64,000 bases of DNA from NCBI GenBank assembly GCA_944367045.1, contig CALVWI010000010.1, forward strand, positions 5,927 through 69,926, given 5' to 3'. Shown piece after piece: positions 37,575-43,756 of this stretch (its first letter is position 1; each line of letters opens with the position of its first letter). The notes under the pieces were generated by a model. The model was not told where the DNA came from. It saw nothing but the letters and a program-made list of their open reading frames with translations, and made no database searches. This DNA comes from an uncultured Clostridia bacterium. GTDB lineage: Bacteria; Bacillota; Clostridia; Christensenellales; Borkfalkiaceae. Both the position numbers and the translations under genes were made by a program.

Positions 37575-38848
37575 TTGTTTTCCTCCTCGAGGCGAGCGAG
37601 GACCGCCCGCGCGTGTGCCATCAGCGATTCGCTCTCCGCAAGCCGCACGATGTGCTCGCCGTCCTCTTTAAGCGCCTCCTCCGTGTATCGGATGACGCTC
37701 ATCTTGCGGGTGAACACGTCCTCGCTCAGCACTTCAAAGAAGCGCGCGCTGCCGCCCGTGGGCAGGATGTGGTCGGGCCCTGCGAAGTAGTCGCCGACGG
37801 GCTCGGGCGTGTAGGCGCCGAGGAACACTGCGCCCGCATTCTTGATCTTGGGGAGCAGCGCGTCGGGGTCTTTGACGTAGAGTTCGAGGTGCTCGGGGGC
37901 GATCTTATTGGAAATTTCGGCAGCCTCGTCCAAGTTGTCTGCCAAGATGATGCCGCCGCTCGCGTTGATGGACTTCTCGGCGATCTCCCTTCTCGGAAGC
38001 ACTTGAAGCCGTTTTTCGACTTGCTCGGAGATACGCTCCGCAAGATGTTTATCCGTCGTGACGACGAGGGCACGGGCGAGGACGTCGTGCTCGGCCTGCG
38101 AGAGAACGTCAGCCGCCACCCAGTCGGGGTCTGCGCTCTCATCGGCGACGATGAGGATCTCGCTCGGGCCTGCGAGCATGTCGATGCCCACCTCGCCGTA
38201 AACTTCCTTCTTTGCGAGCGTCACATAGATGTTGCCGGGGCCCGCGATAACGTCCACCTTGGGAACGCTCTCGGTGCCGTAGGCAAGCGCCGCGATCGCC
38301 TGTGCGCCGCCCATCTTAAAGACGGCCTCTGCGCCGCACTCCTTGGCCGCGACGAGGGTCAGCGGGTGTACTTTGCCCTCCTTTGCGGGAGTCGCGACGA
38401 TGATGTGCTCGACGCCCGCGGCCTTCGCGGGAAGCACCGCCATCAAGACGGAGGACGAGAGCGGCGCCGTACCGCCCGGCACATAGATGCCCGCCCTCTC
38501 CACGGGATGGACGACATACCCCGTCGTTCTGCCGTTCTCGGTGACGACGTGGTCCTTCCTGCCCGCGCGGCTGTGATATTCAAAGATGTTGTGAATGGCA
38601 AGGCGCAGGCTCTTCAGAAGCTCAGGCGAGACGTTCTTGTATGCCTCCGCGTACTCTTCCTCGGAGACGCGGAAATTGTCCTTATTGAGAATCGTCTTGT
38701 CGAACTTTTCCTCGTACTCGAAGACGGCCTCGTCGCCGCGCTCCTGCACGCTTGAAACGATCTCCTTGACGCGCTTCATCTCCTCCTTGCGCTCCTCGAA
38801 GGGGCGCTCCAAAAGTTCCGCGCTCTGCTCTTTGGTGACGATCTTCAT
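37571..38848 (-). CDS. hisD: histidinol dehydrogenase
   Basis: Start set at ATG 38848 (GGAGGAAGTGGC upstream; ATGA overlap with hisG). SQAEHD and GPSE motifs. Confidence 0.93.
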   Translation of the reverse strand: MKIVTKEQSAELLERPFEERKEEMKRVKEIVSSVQERGDEAVFEYEEKFDKTILNKDNFRVSEEEYAEAYKNVSPELLKSLRLAIHNIFEYHSRAGRKDHVVTENGRTTGYVVHPVERAGIYVPGGTAPLSSSVLMAVLPAKAAGVEHIIVATPAKEGKVHPLTLVAAKECGAEAVFKMGGAQAIAALAYGTESVPKVDVIAGPGNIYVTLAKKEVYGEVGIDMLAGPSEILIVADESADPDWVAADVLSQAEHDVLARALVVTTDKHLAERISEQVEKRLQVLPRREIAEKSINASGGIILADNLDEAAEISNKIAPEHLELYVKDPDALLPKIKNAGAVFLGAYTPEPVGDYFAGPDHILPTGGSARFFEVLSEDVFTRKMSVIRYTEEALKEDGEHIVRLAESESLMAHARAVLARLEEENK

Positions 38849-39471
38849 GCCACTTCCTCCTTGCATTTTGCGATGAGCGGAAGGATCTCCGCAGATTTTG
38901 TCTTTAAACTCACTTTGTTGGCGACGAGCCGCGCCGTGATGCCCGTGAATACCTGTTCCAAGACGACGAGGCCGTTGGCTTTTAAGGTGGAACCCGTCTG
39001 CACGACGTCGAAGATGACGTCCGAAAGCCCCGTGACGGGCGCGAGCTCGATGGAGCCGTGAAGCGCGATGATCTCAACGTCCTCTCCCCGCTCCGCAAAC
39101 AGCTGCTTGGCGGTATTGACGTACTTGGTCGCAACGCGGAGGGCGGGGCTCGTCAACACGTCCTTTCGCTCGGGGAAGCCCGCAAGGCACAGCGAGCACT
39201 CGCCGAAACCCAAGTCCAACATCTCGTAGATGTCTCTGTCCTCCTCGATGAGGGTATCCTTGCCCACGACGCCGAGGTCGGCAACGCCCGACTCGACATA
39301 GACGGGAACGTCGGAGGGCTTGACGAGGAAGAAGCGATAGTTGCCGTCCGCGCTCGTTAAGACGAGCTTGCGCGTCTCCTCATATAAAACGGCGGTATCC
39401 ACGCCGCAGCGGGCGAGGAGCTCGGCGCTCTCTGTCGCGAGACGCCCTTTCGCAAGTGCAAAGGTGATCAT
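38845..39471 (-). CDS. hisG: ATP phosphoribosyltransferase, short (HisZ-dependent) form
   Basis: 208 aa. ITFALAKGRL..., no C-terminal regulatory domain. Confidence 0.92.
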   Translation of the reverse strand: MITFALAKGRLATESAELLARCGVDTAVLYEETRKLVLTSADGNYRFFLVKPSDVPVYVESGVADLGVVGKDTLIEEDRDIYEMLDLGFGECSLCLAGFPERKDVLTSPALRVATKYVNTAKQLFAERGEDVEIIALHGSIELAPVTGLSDVIFDVVQTGSTLKANGLVVLEQVFTGITARLVANKVSLKTKSAEILPLIAKCKEEVA

Positions 39472-40631
39472 GCGTTCCCTCCCATATAGAGGACTTCAAA
39501 GCCCTCGCTCTGTTCCTTTTGGGCGCCCTCATGGCCGACGAGTGCGGAAAGACGCACTTTCTCGCCGAGAGACGTGCGTTTTAAAAATTCGCGGTAGGCA
39601 TCCGCCTCCCTGCCCTTCTCGGCGACGATGACGAGGGGTTTTTGCTCTTCGGGGAGCGCGCCCTGCCGCTCGAGGGCGACGAGGATGCGCTTCAAGCCCA
39701 TCGCAAAGCCGACGGCGGGCATGTGCTTGCCGAAGGCGTCCGCGAGGTTATCGTATCTGCCGCCGCTTAAAACGGGCGCGCCGAGGTCCTTCACAAGTCC
39801 CGAGAAGACGATGCCCGAATAGTACGAGAGCGGCTTGATCATGCCGAGGTCGTAGGAGACGTAGCCCTCATACCCCATCGCGGAGAGGAGCGCGTCCATC
39901 TCCTTGAGGTGACGGACGGCTGCAAGCGCGCAGGCGTTCTTTGTGAGCGTTTCCGCTTCCGAAAGAATTTCCGCCCCGCCGAAGAGTGCGGGGAGAGCTA
40001 AGATGTTGTTGAGCGCGTCGTCCTTGACGCCAGCCTTCTTTAAGAGGCGCTCGGCGTTCATCGTGTCCTTGCGGTTGATGCAGGTGCGTACCCCTTCCGC
40101 CTCCCTTGCGGAGAGCCCGCTCTCCTCGAGAAGGCCCTTGAAGTACCCCACATGGCCGATATCGATGATGAAGTCTTTAAGCCCCGTCTCTTTGAGGCAT
40201 TCGATGGAGAAGGCGATGGCCTGCGCGTCCGAGAAGGCACCCTCCTCGCCCAGGCACTCGACGCCCGCCTGATAGATCTCGCGGCTCGAGAGCCCGCCTG
40301 CGCTCTCCAAATCGTACTTATCTGCAAAATAGCTCAGCCGCGCGCGGTCCTGTCCCAATTTCGTAGCCGCGATGCGCGCGATGGAGAGCGTCGTATCGGG
40401 ACGCAGGACGAGCAATTTTCCGTCCGTGTCCGTCATTTTGAACATCCGCTCCTCGGGGAGGGCATTCTCATTGCCCGAGAAGGTGTCGTAGTACTCCAGC
40501 CCCGCCGAAAGTACGGGCGCAAAGCCCGCCGCGGAGAATTTTTTCTGCAATCTCAGTTTGAGCCCCGTCAGGATGGAACATTCGCGCGGGAGCACGTCCT
40601 GCACGCCTGCGGGCAGCTTGCTGTATGCCAT
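39468..40631 (-). CDS. hisZ: ATP phosphoribosyltransferase regulatory subunit (HisRS paralog)
   Basis: 387 aa. LPAGVQDVLP..., HisRS-like core without an anticodon-binding domain. Confidence 0.9.
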   Translation of the reverse strand: MAYSKLPAGVQDVLPRECSILTGLKLRLQKKFSAAGFAPVLSAGLEYYDTFSGNENALPEERMFKMTDTDGKLLVLRPDTTLSIARIAATKLGQDRARLSYFADKYDLESAGGLSSREIYQAGVECLGEEGAFSDAQAIAFSIECLKETGLKDFIIDIGHVGYFKGLLEESGLSAREAEGVRTCINRKDTMNAERLLKKAGVKDDALNNILALPALFGGAEILSEAETLTKNACALAAVRHLKEMDALLSAMGYEGYVSYDLGMIKPLSYYSGIVFSGLVKDLGAPVLSGGRYDNLADAFGKHMPAVGFAMGLKRILVALERQGALPEEQKPLVIVAEKGREADAYREFLKRTSLGEKVRLSALVGHEGAQKEQSEGFEVLYMGGNA

Positions 40632-40666
40632 AGTTCTCTCCCAAAATTACATTCACTTTCCGAATA

Positions 40667-40696
40667 ATTATACCATTCGCAAGAAAGAAAAGTCAA
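40667..40696 (-). promoter_or_regulatory. sigma-A type promoter for the his operon
   Basis: Minus strand TTGACT-N18-(TGG)TATAAT, only ~30-nt leader. There is no room for a T-box. Confidence 0.6.
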
Positions 40697-40743
40697 ATGA
40701 AAACATACAGTTTACCCCTCTCGCCTGCAAAAAGTGCGTTCTC

Positions 40744-40778
40744 CAGAAAAGAACACCCCGCCGAGCGGGTCGGCAGGG
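40744..40778 (-). repeat. terminator-like hairpin repeat, copy R2
   Basis: Minus strand CCCUGCCGA-cccgc-UCGGCGGGG then UGUUCUUUUCU. About 26/30 identical to R1. Confidence 0.6.
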
Positions 40779-40920
40779 AGAAATAAGAAGACTACAGCGA
40801 GAACTGCGGCCAAGCCTCCAAAGAGGCCGCAAAAATAGTAATTGACTGTTTCAAAGGTGATGGAAAATTGCAGAGAGAGAATAGAAATAAAGTTCGTAAG
40901 ATGAAAAAAAGGCCAACTTT

Positions 40921-40997
40921 AAAAAAAAATACGGACCACCCGGATCCGTACGCCTATCCCGCCAAGCGGGTCACCTAAGAGATAACTCATTAGAGTC
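40921..40997 (-). ncRNA. candidate small RNA B (~77 nt, promoter-to-terminator unit)
   Basis: Starts ~7 nt after the TATACT box and ends at UACGGA-uccgggugg-UCCGUA plus U9. Internal hairpins GACUC/GAGUU and CCCGC/GCGGG. Confidence 0.45.
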
Positions 40998-41003
40998 ATT
41001 TAT

Positions 41004-41032
41004 AGTATAAGCGATAACCCGCAATATGTCAA
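41004..41032 (-). promoter_or_regulatory. consensus sigma-A promoter of sRNA candidate B
   Basis: Minus strand TTGACA-N17-TATACT. Confidence 0.55.
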
Positions 41033-41089
41033 CCCTTTTCTGAAAAAAGAATTTTCAAAGCAGAAAAAGAGGTGAGCTTCAAACCATGA

Positions 41090-41127
41090 GCAAAGGAAAG
41101 AACGCCCCGCCGAGCAGTTCGGCAGGA
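41090..41127 (-). repeat. terminator-like hairpin repeat, copy R1
   Basis: Minus strand CCUGCCGA-acugc-UCGGCGGG then GCGUUCUUUCCUUU. Confidence 0.6.
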
Positions 41128-41159
41128 AAAGTAATATAAAGATAAAATAGCTTCGCAAA

Positions 41160-41244
41160 AAATAAAAAATTCCCGAGATTGACCACTCGGGGCAATGCCG
41201 AAATCCAATATCGGCAGGTGCAAGCGGAACAAAGCCGTTTGCCT
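41160..41244 (-). ncRNA. candidate small RNA A (~85 nt, promoter-to-terminator unit)
   Basis: Starts ~7 nt after TATAAT and ends at CCCGAG-uggucaau-CUCGGG plus AAUUUUUUAUUUUUU. Contains GGCAA...UUGCC closing a GCCGA-N9-UCGGC hairpin. Confidence 0.45.
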
Positions 41245-41250
41245 AAATTC

Positions 41251-41280
41251 ATTATAAAACGAGCGTTGCAAAAAAGTCAA
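41251..41280 (-). promoter_or_regulatory. sigma-A type promoter of sRNA candidate A
   Basis: Minus strand TTGACT-N18-TATAAT. Confidence 0.55.
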
Positions 41281-41317
41281 TCGTTTTTCAGAAAAAAAAC
41301 CATCAAAGGAGAAAAAG

Positions 41318-41533
41318 ATGAAAAAACTTGCCGTCATGGTCTAAGAGATCCGGGAGAAGGATCTTGATTATATCCCTGAGGGCTTCCCCGTCCTCGTCTG
41401 GGATATGAGGGAAAACACGCTCAGGATCGCTATGCTGAATATGGAAATTATGTTAATATATAATCAATGTGCCACGAAAGATAGAATTTTGGCAGAAATC
41501 AAGGGTTTGAGACAGAAAAACGACCTCGCTTGA
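41318..41533 (+). pseudogene. 71-codon ORF with a strong RBS, interrupted by an in-frame TAA at codon 9
   Basis: AAAGGAGAAAAAG-ATG; MKKLAVMV*EIREKDLDYIPEGFPVLVWDMRENTLRIAMLNMEIMLIYNQCATKDRILAEIKGLRQKNDLA*. The stop lies inside the bidirectional hairpin. Confidence 0.3.
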
Positions 41534-41545
41534 ATACGAGGTCGT
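41516..41545 (-). terminator. intrinsic terminator after the tRNA operon
   Basis: ACGACCTCG-N8-CGAGGTCGT with T5 on the minus strand, immediately 3' of tRNA-Tyr. Confidence 0.7.
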
Positions 41546-41547
41546 TT

Positions 41548-41632
41548 TGGTGGGAAGAGGTGGATTTGAACCACCGAAGTCGAAGACGTCAGATTTACAG
41601 TCTGATCCATTTGGCCGCTCTGGAATCTTCCC
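41548..41632 (-). tRNA. tRNA-Tyr (anticodon GUA), long variable arm, CCA encoded
   Basis: Reverse complement GGGAAGATTCCAGAGCGGCCAAATGGATCAGACTGTAAATCTGACGTCTTCGACTTCGGTGGTTCAAATCCACCTCTTCCCACCA. Confidence 0.9.
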
Positions 41633-41658
41633 GTCTATAAAATTGTGATTGCTGTCGG

Positions 41659-41734
41659 TGGAGCCGGTGACCGGAATTGAACCAGCAACCGGCTGATTAC
41701 AAATCAGCTGCTCTGCCGATTGAGCTACACCGGC
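41659..41734 (-). tRNA. tRNA-Thr (anticodon UGU), CCA encoded
   Basis: Reverse complement GCCGGTGTAGCTCAATCGGCAGAGCAGCTGATTTGTAATCAGCCGGTTGCTGGTTCAATTCCGGTCACCGGCTCCA. Confidence 0.9.
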
Positions 41735-41739
41735 AATGG

Positions 41740-41815
41740 TGGTGCCTTGGGGCGGAATCGAACCACCGACAGACGGATTTTCAGTCCGTTGCTCTACCAT
41801 CTGAGCTACCAAGGC
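41740..41815 (-). tRNA. tRNA-Phe (anticodon GAA), CCA encoded
   Basis: Reverse complement GCCTTGGTAGCTCAGATGGTAGAGCAACGGACTGAAAATCCGTCTGTCGGTGGTTCGATTCCGCCCCAAGGCACCA. Confidence 0.9.
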
Positions 41816-41857
41816 ATACATAAGCCTCATTCCTCGGAATGAGGCTCGAAAGAAATG

Positions 41858-41934
41858 TGGCGACCCAAAACGGGCTCGAACCGTCGACCTCCAGCGTGAC
41901 AGGCTGGCGCTCTAACCAACTGAGCTATTGGGCC
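41858..41934 (-). tRNA. tRNA-Asp (anticodon GUC), CCA encoded
   Basis: Reverse complement GGCCCAATAGCTCAGTTGGTTAGAGCGCCAGCCTGTCACGCTGGAGGTCGACGGTTCGAGCCCGTTTTGGGTCGCCA. Confidence 0.9.
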
Positions 41935-41977
41935 ATCTGATGTAAATGTATCGTGAGTGCACGGCGGTCCCAAAGGG

Positions 41978-42054
41978 TGGTGGGCCTTCACGGACTTGAA
42001 CCGCGGACCGATCGGTTATGAGCCGACTGCTCTGACCAACTGAGCTAAAGGCCC
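41978..42054 (-). tRNA. tRNA with CAU anticodon (elongator Met or lysidine-modified Ile2; not an initiator)
   Basis: Reverse complement GGGCCTTTAGCTCAGTTGGTCAGAGCAGTCGGCTCATAACCGATCGGTCCGCGGTTCAAGTCCGTGAAGGCCCACCA. The 1:72 G-C pair and the lack of a GGG/CCC anticodon stem argue against fMet. Confidence 0.85.
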
Positions 42055-42087
42055 GTGTCTTGCGGTGCTCACTCACAACGCTTGCTT

Positions 42088-42116
42088 ATTCTATTACAAA
42101 CGGAGAATAAAGTCAA
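42088..42116 (-). promoter_or_regulatory. sigma-A type promoter of the five-tRNA operon
   Basis: Minus strand TTGACT-N17-TAGAAT, ~27-nt leader. Confidence 0.6.
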
Positions 42117-42177
42117 GTGTTTTTCCGCACTTTCCCCAAAAAAAAGAAAAAAATTTTTTCGCCCCGAAAACACCCCC

Positions 42178-42194
42178 TTCGACGGCCTTCGACA
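42178..42194 (+). promoter_or_regulatory. two tandem Spo0A-box-like sites upstream of spoIIAA
   Basis: TTCGACG and TTCGACA (reverse complements CGTCGAA and TGTCGAA; 0A box = TGNCGAA), 10 bp apart. They lie just upstream of a TACAAT -10 (42217-42222) that has a poor -35. Confidence 0.45.
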
Positions 42195-42247
42195 GCCTTT
42201 TTCTCTCCCCTTCTGCTACAATCGGAATAAATTCCGGCTTGGGGGAT

Positions 42248-42559
42248 ATGATGCACATTCAAAGTTTACGAAGGGGCGATGAGCTTGTCCTCTACCTCGA
42301 AGGCGAGCTGGACGAGCACTCGGTCGTCACGCTCCGAACAAAGGCGGACGCGCTCATCGACGAGAACGCAGGGCTGTCCCGCGCCGTGTTCAACTTGGCG
42401 GGCGTCCGCTTCATGGACTCGACGGGCATCGGCTTTTTAATGGGGCGGTACAAGAAGCTCTCGCGCTACGGCATCAAAATGGCACTCGAGGCGCCCAACC
42501 AAGGGGCGGACAAGATCTTATTGATGAGCGGCATCTACTCTCTGGTGCCCAAGATTTAG
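42248..42559 (+). CDS. spoIIAA: anti-sigma-F factor antagonist (STAS domain)
   Basis: ORF 42065..42559 trimmed to ATG 42248 (GGGGGAT RBS). FMDSTGIGFLMGRYKK carries the phosphorylatable Ser context. Confidence 0.88.
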   Translation: MMHIQSLRRGDELVLYLEGELDEHSVVTLRTKADALIDENAGLSRAVFNLAGVRFMDSTGIGFLMGRYKKLSRYGIKMALEAPNQGADKILLMSGIYSLVPKI

Positions 42560-42566
42560 GTGGACT

Positions 42567-43013
42567 ATGAACAGAATGAAACTTACCTTTTTGGCGCGCT
42601 CGGAAAACGAGGTCTTTGCCCGCAACGTCGCGGCGGCATTCGCCCTGCCCTTGAACCCTACCCTCTCCGAACTTTCGGACGTCAAGACGGCCGTCTCCGA
42701 GGCGGTCACCAACTGCATCGTGCACGCCTATCCCGACGGCACGGACGCAGAGCATTGGGTGACATTGGAATGTTCGACGGAAGACAACCGCTTACATATC
42801 GTTGTTACGGACAGCGGGAAAGGCATCGAGGACATCGCTCGCGCCCTCACGCCCTTCTATACATCCTGTCCGGGGGAGGAGCGCTCAGGTATGGGATTTA
42901 CCATCATGCAGACATTCATGAATGAATTTCACGTCACCTCGGAGCCGGGGCATGGCACGCGGGTGGAGATGACGAAATGCTTCGGCGGGACGGCGGAAGC
43001 GTATGCTCGATGA
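42567..43013 (+). CDS. spoIIAB: anti-sigma-F factor / serine kinase
   Basis: 148 aa. SENEVFARNVAAAF..., EAVTNCIVHAY, GMGFTIM (HATPase_c). Confidence 0.9.
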   Translation: MNRMKLTFLARSENEVFARNVAAAFALPLNPTLSELSDVKTAVSEAVTNCIVHAYPDGTDAEHWVTLECSTEDNRLHIVVTDSGKGIEDIARALTPFYTSCPGEERSGMGFTIMQTFMNEFHVTSEPGHGTRVEMTKCFGGTAEAYAR

Positions 43014-43728
43014 GAAGGAGACGCTGCGCCTCGTCCGCGCCGCCAAGGAGGGAGACGCCGCCGCGAAGGAGGAGCTCCTCACCAAAAATACACCCCTTTT
43101 AAAGAGCATTCTGAGGCGCTACCTTAACAAGGGCGTGGAATACGACGATCTGTTCGAGCTCGCCTCCATGGGCCTTCTGAAGGCCATCCAGGGCTTTGAC
43201 GAGAGCTTCGGCGTGCGCTTCTCAACGTATGCCGTGCCCATGATCGCGGGCGAGATCAAGCGATTCTTGCGAGACGACGGCAGCGTGAAGGTCTCGCGGG
43301 CGCTCAAAAAGACGGCGCGGGAGATCGGCGCCTACATCGAGCGCTACACACAGGAGCACGGCGCACAGCCCAAGGTCAAGGAGATCGCCGCGGCGTTCTC
43401 TATCGACGAAAGCGAGGTCGTGTTCGCGCTCGGGTCCTCGCATATGCCCGTCTCCATCTATGAAGAGGCCCCGCACAAGGACGGAAACCTGCAGCCCATT
43501 GCAGACCGCCTTGCCTCACCCGATACGCCCGAGGAGATGCTCGACAGGGTGCTCTTAAAACAGGCCATCGAAAAGCTCCCCGAGCGCGAAAAGAAGATCG
43601 TCGTTTTGCGCTACTTCCGCGACATGACGCAGAGCGAGGTCGCGCGCGTCGTCGGGGTGTCGCAGGTGCAGATCTCGCGCATCGAGAGCAAGATCCTCAC
43701 CCGCTTCCGCGACGAACTCAGCGGATAA
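43003..43728 (+). CDS. sigF: sporulation sigma factor F
   Basis: 241 aa. Sigma-70 regions 2-4. Its position immediately after spoIIAA-spoIIAB identifies it as SigF rather than SigG. Confidence 0.88.
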   Translation: MLDEKETLRLVRAAKEGDAAAKEELLTKNTPLLKSILRRYLNKGVEYDDLFELASMGLLKAIQGFDESFGVRFSTYAVPMIAGEIKRFLRDDGSVKVSRALKKTAREIGAYIERYTQEHGAQPKVKEIAAAFSIDESEVVFALGSSHMPVSIYEEAPHKDGNLQPIADRLASPDTPEEMLDRVLLKQAIEKLPEREKKIVVLRYFRDMTQSEVARVVGVSQVQISRIESKILTRFRDELSG

Positions 43729-43754
43729 AGAGCCCTCCCCTTCGGGAAGGCTCT
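43729..43754. terminator. bidirectional hairpin between sigF and the GspE-like gene
   Basis: AGAGCC(C)TCCC-cttc-GGGA(A)GGCTCT. Confidence 0.6.
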
Positions 43755-43756
43755 CT

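Noticed and set aside
40895-40975. 25-codon plus-strand ORF MKKRPTLKKNTDHPDPYAYPAKRVT antisense to sRNA candidate B (type I toxin-antitoxin idea).
   Set aside because: It has no RBS and no plus-strand promoter, and the peptide is hydrophilic rather than toxin-like. There is not enough support.
41029-41337. 102-aa minus-strand ORF, and the 95-aa ORF 40558..40845(+), in the AT-rich gap.
   Set aside because: Neither has an RBS, and both have Phe/Leu/Ser-rich composition from AT-rich DNA. They span the promoter, terminator and repeat elements described above, and the two R1/R2 repeat copies fall in different frames. The signal is therefore at the nucleotide level, not coding.
41342-41344. Stop-codon recoding (TAA read as sense) to rescue the 71-codon ORF.
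   Set aside because: TAA terminates well-supported genes in this same window (for example GH42 at 351-353 and the M3 peptidase). A nonsense mutation or a short peptide ORF is the more economical explanation.
41453-41830. 125-aa ORF on the minus strand.
   Set aside because: It runs straight through tRNA-Tyr, tRNA-Thr and tRNA-Phe. It is an artefact of the open frame across tRNA genes.
41823-41848. Near-perfect 10-11 bp inverted repeat AGCCTCATTCC-tc-GGAATGAGGCT between tRNA-Asp and tRNA-Phe.
   Set aside because: It has no U-tract and lies within a polycistronic tRNA spacer. It is most simply a processing or structural hairpin, not a separate feature worth a call.
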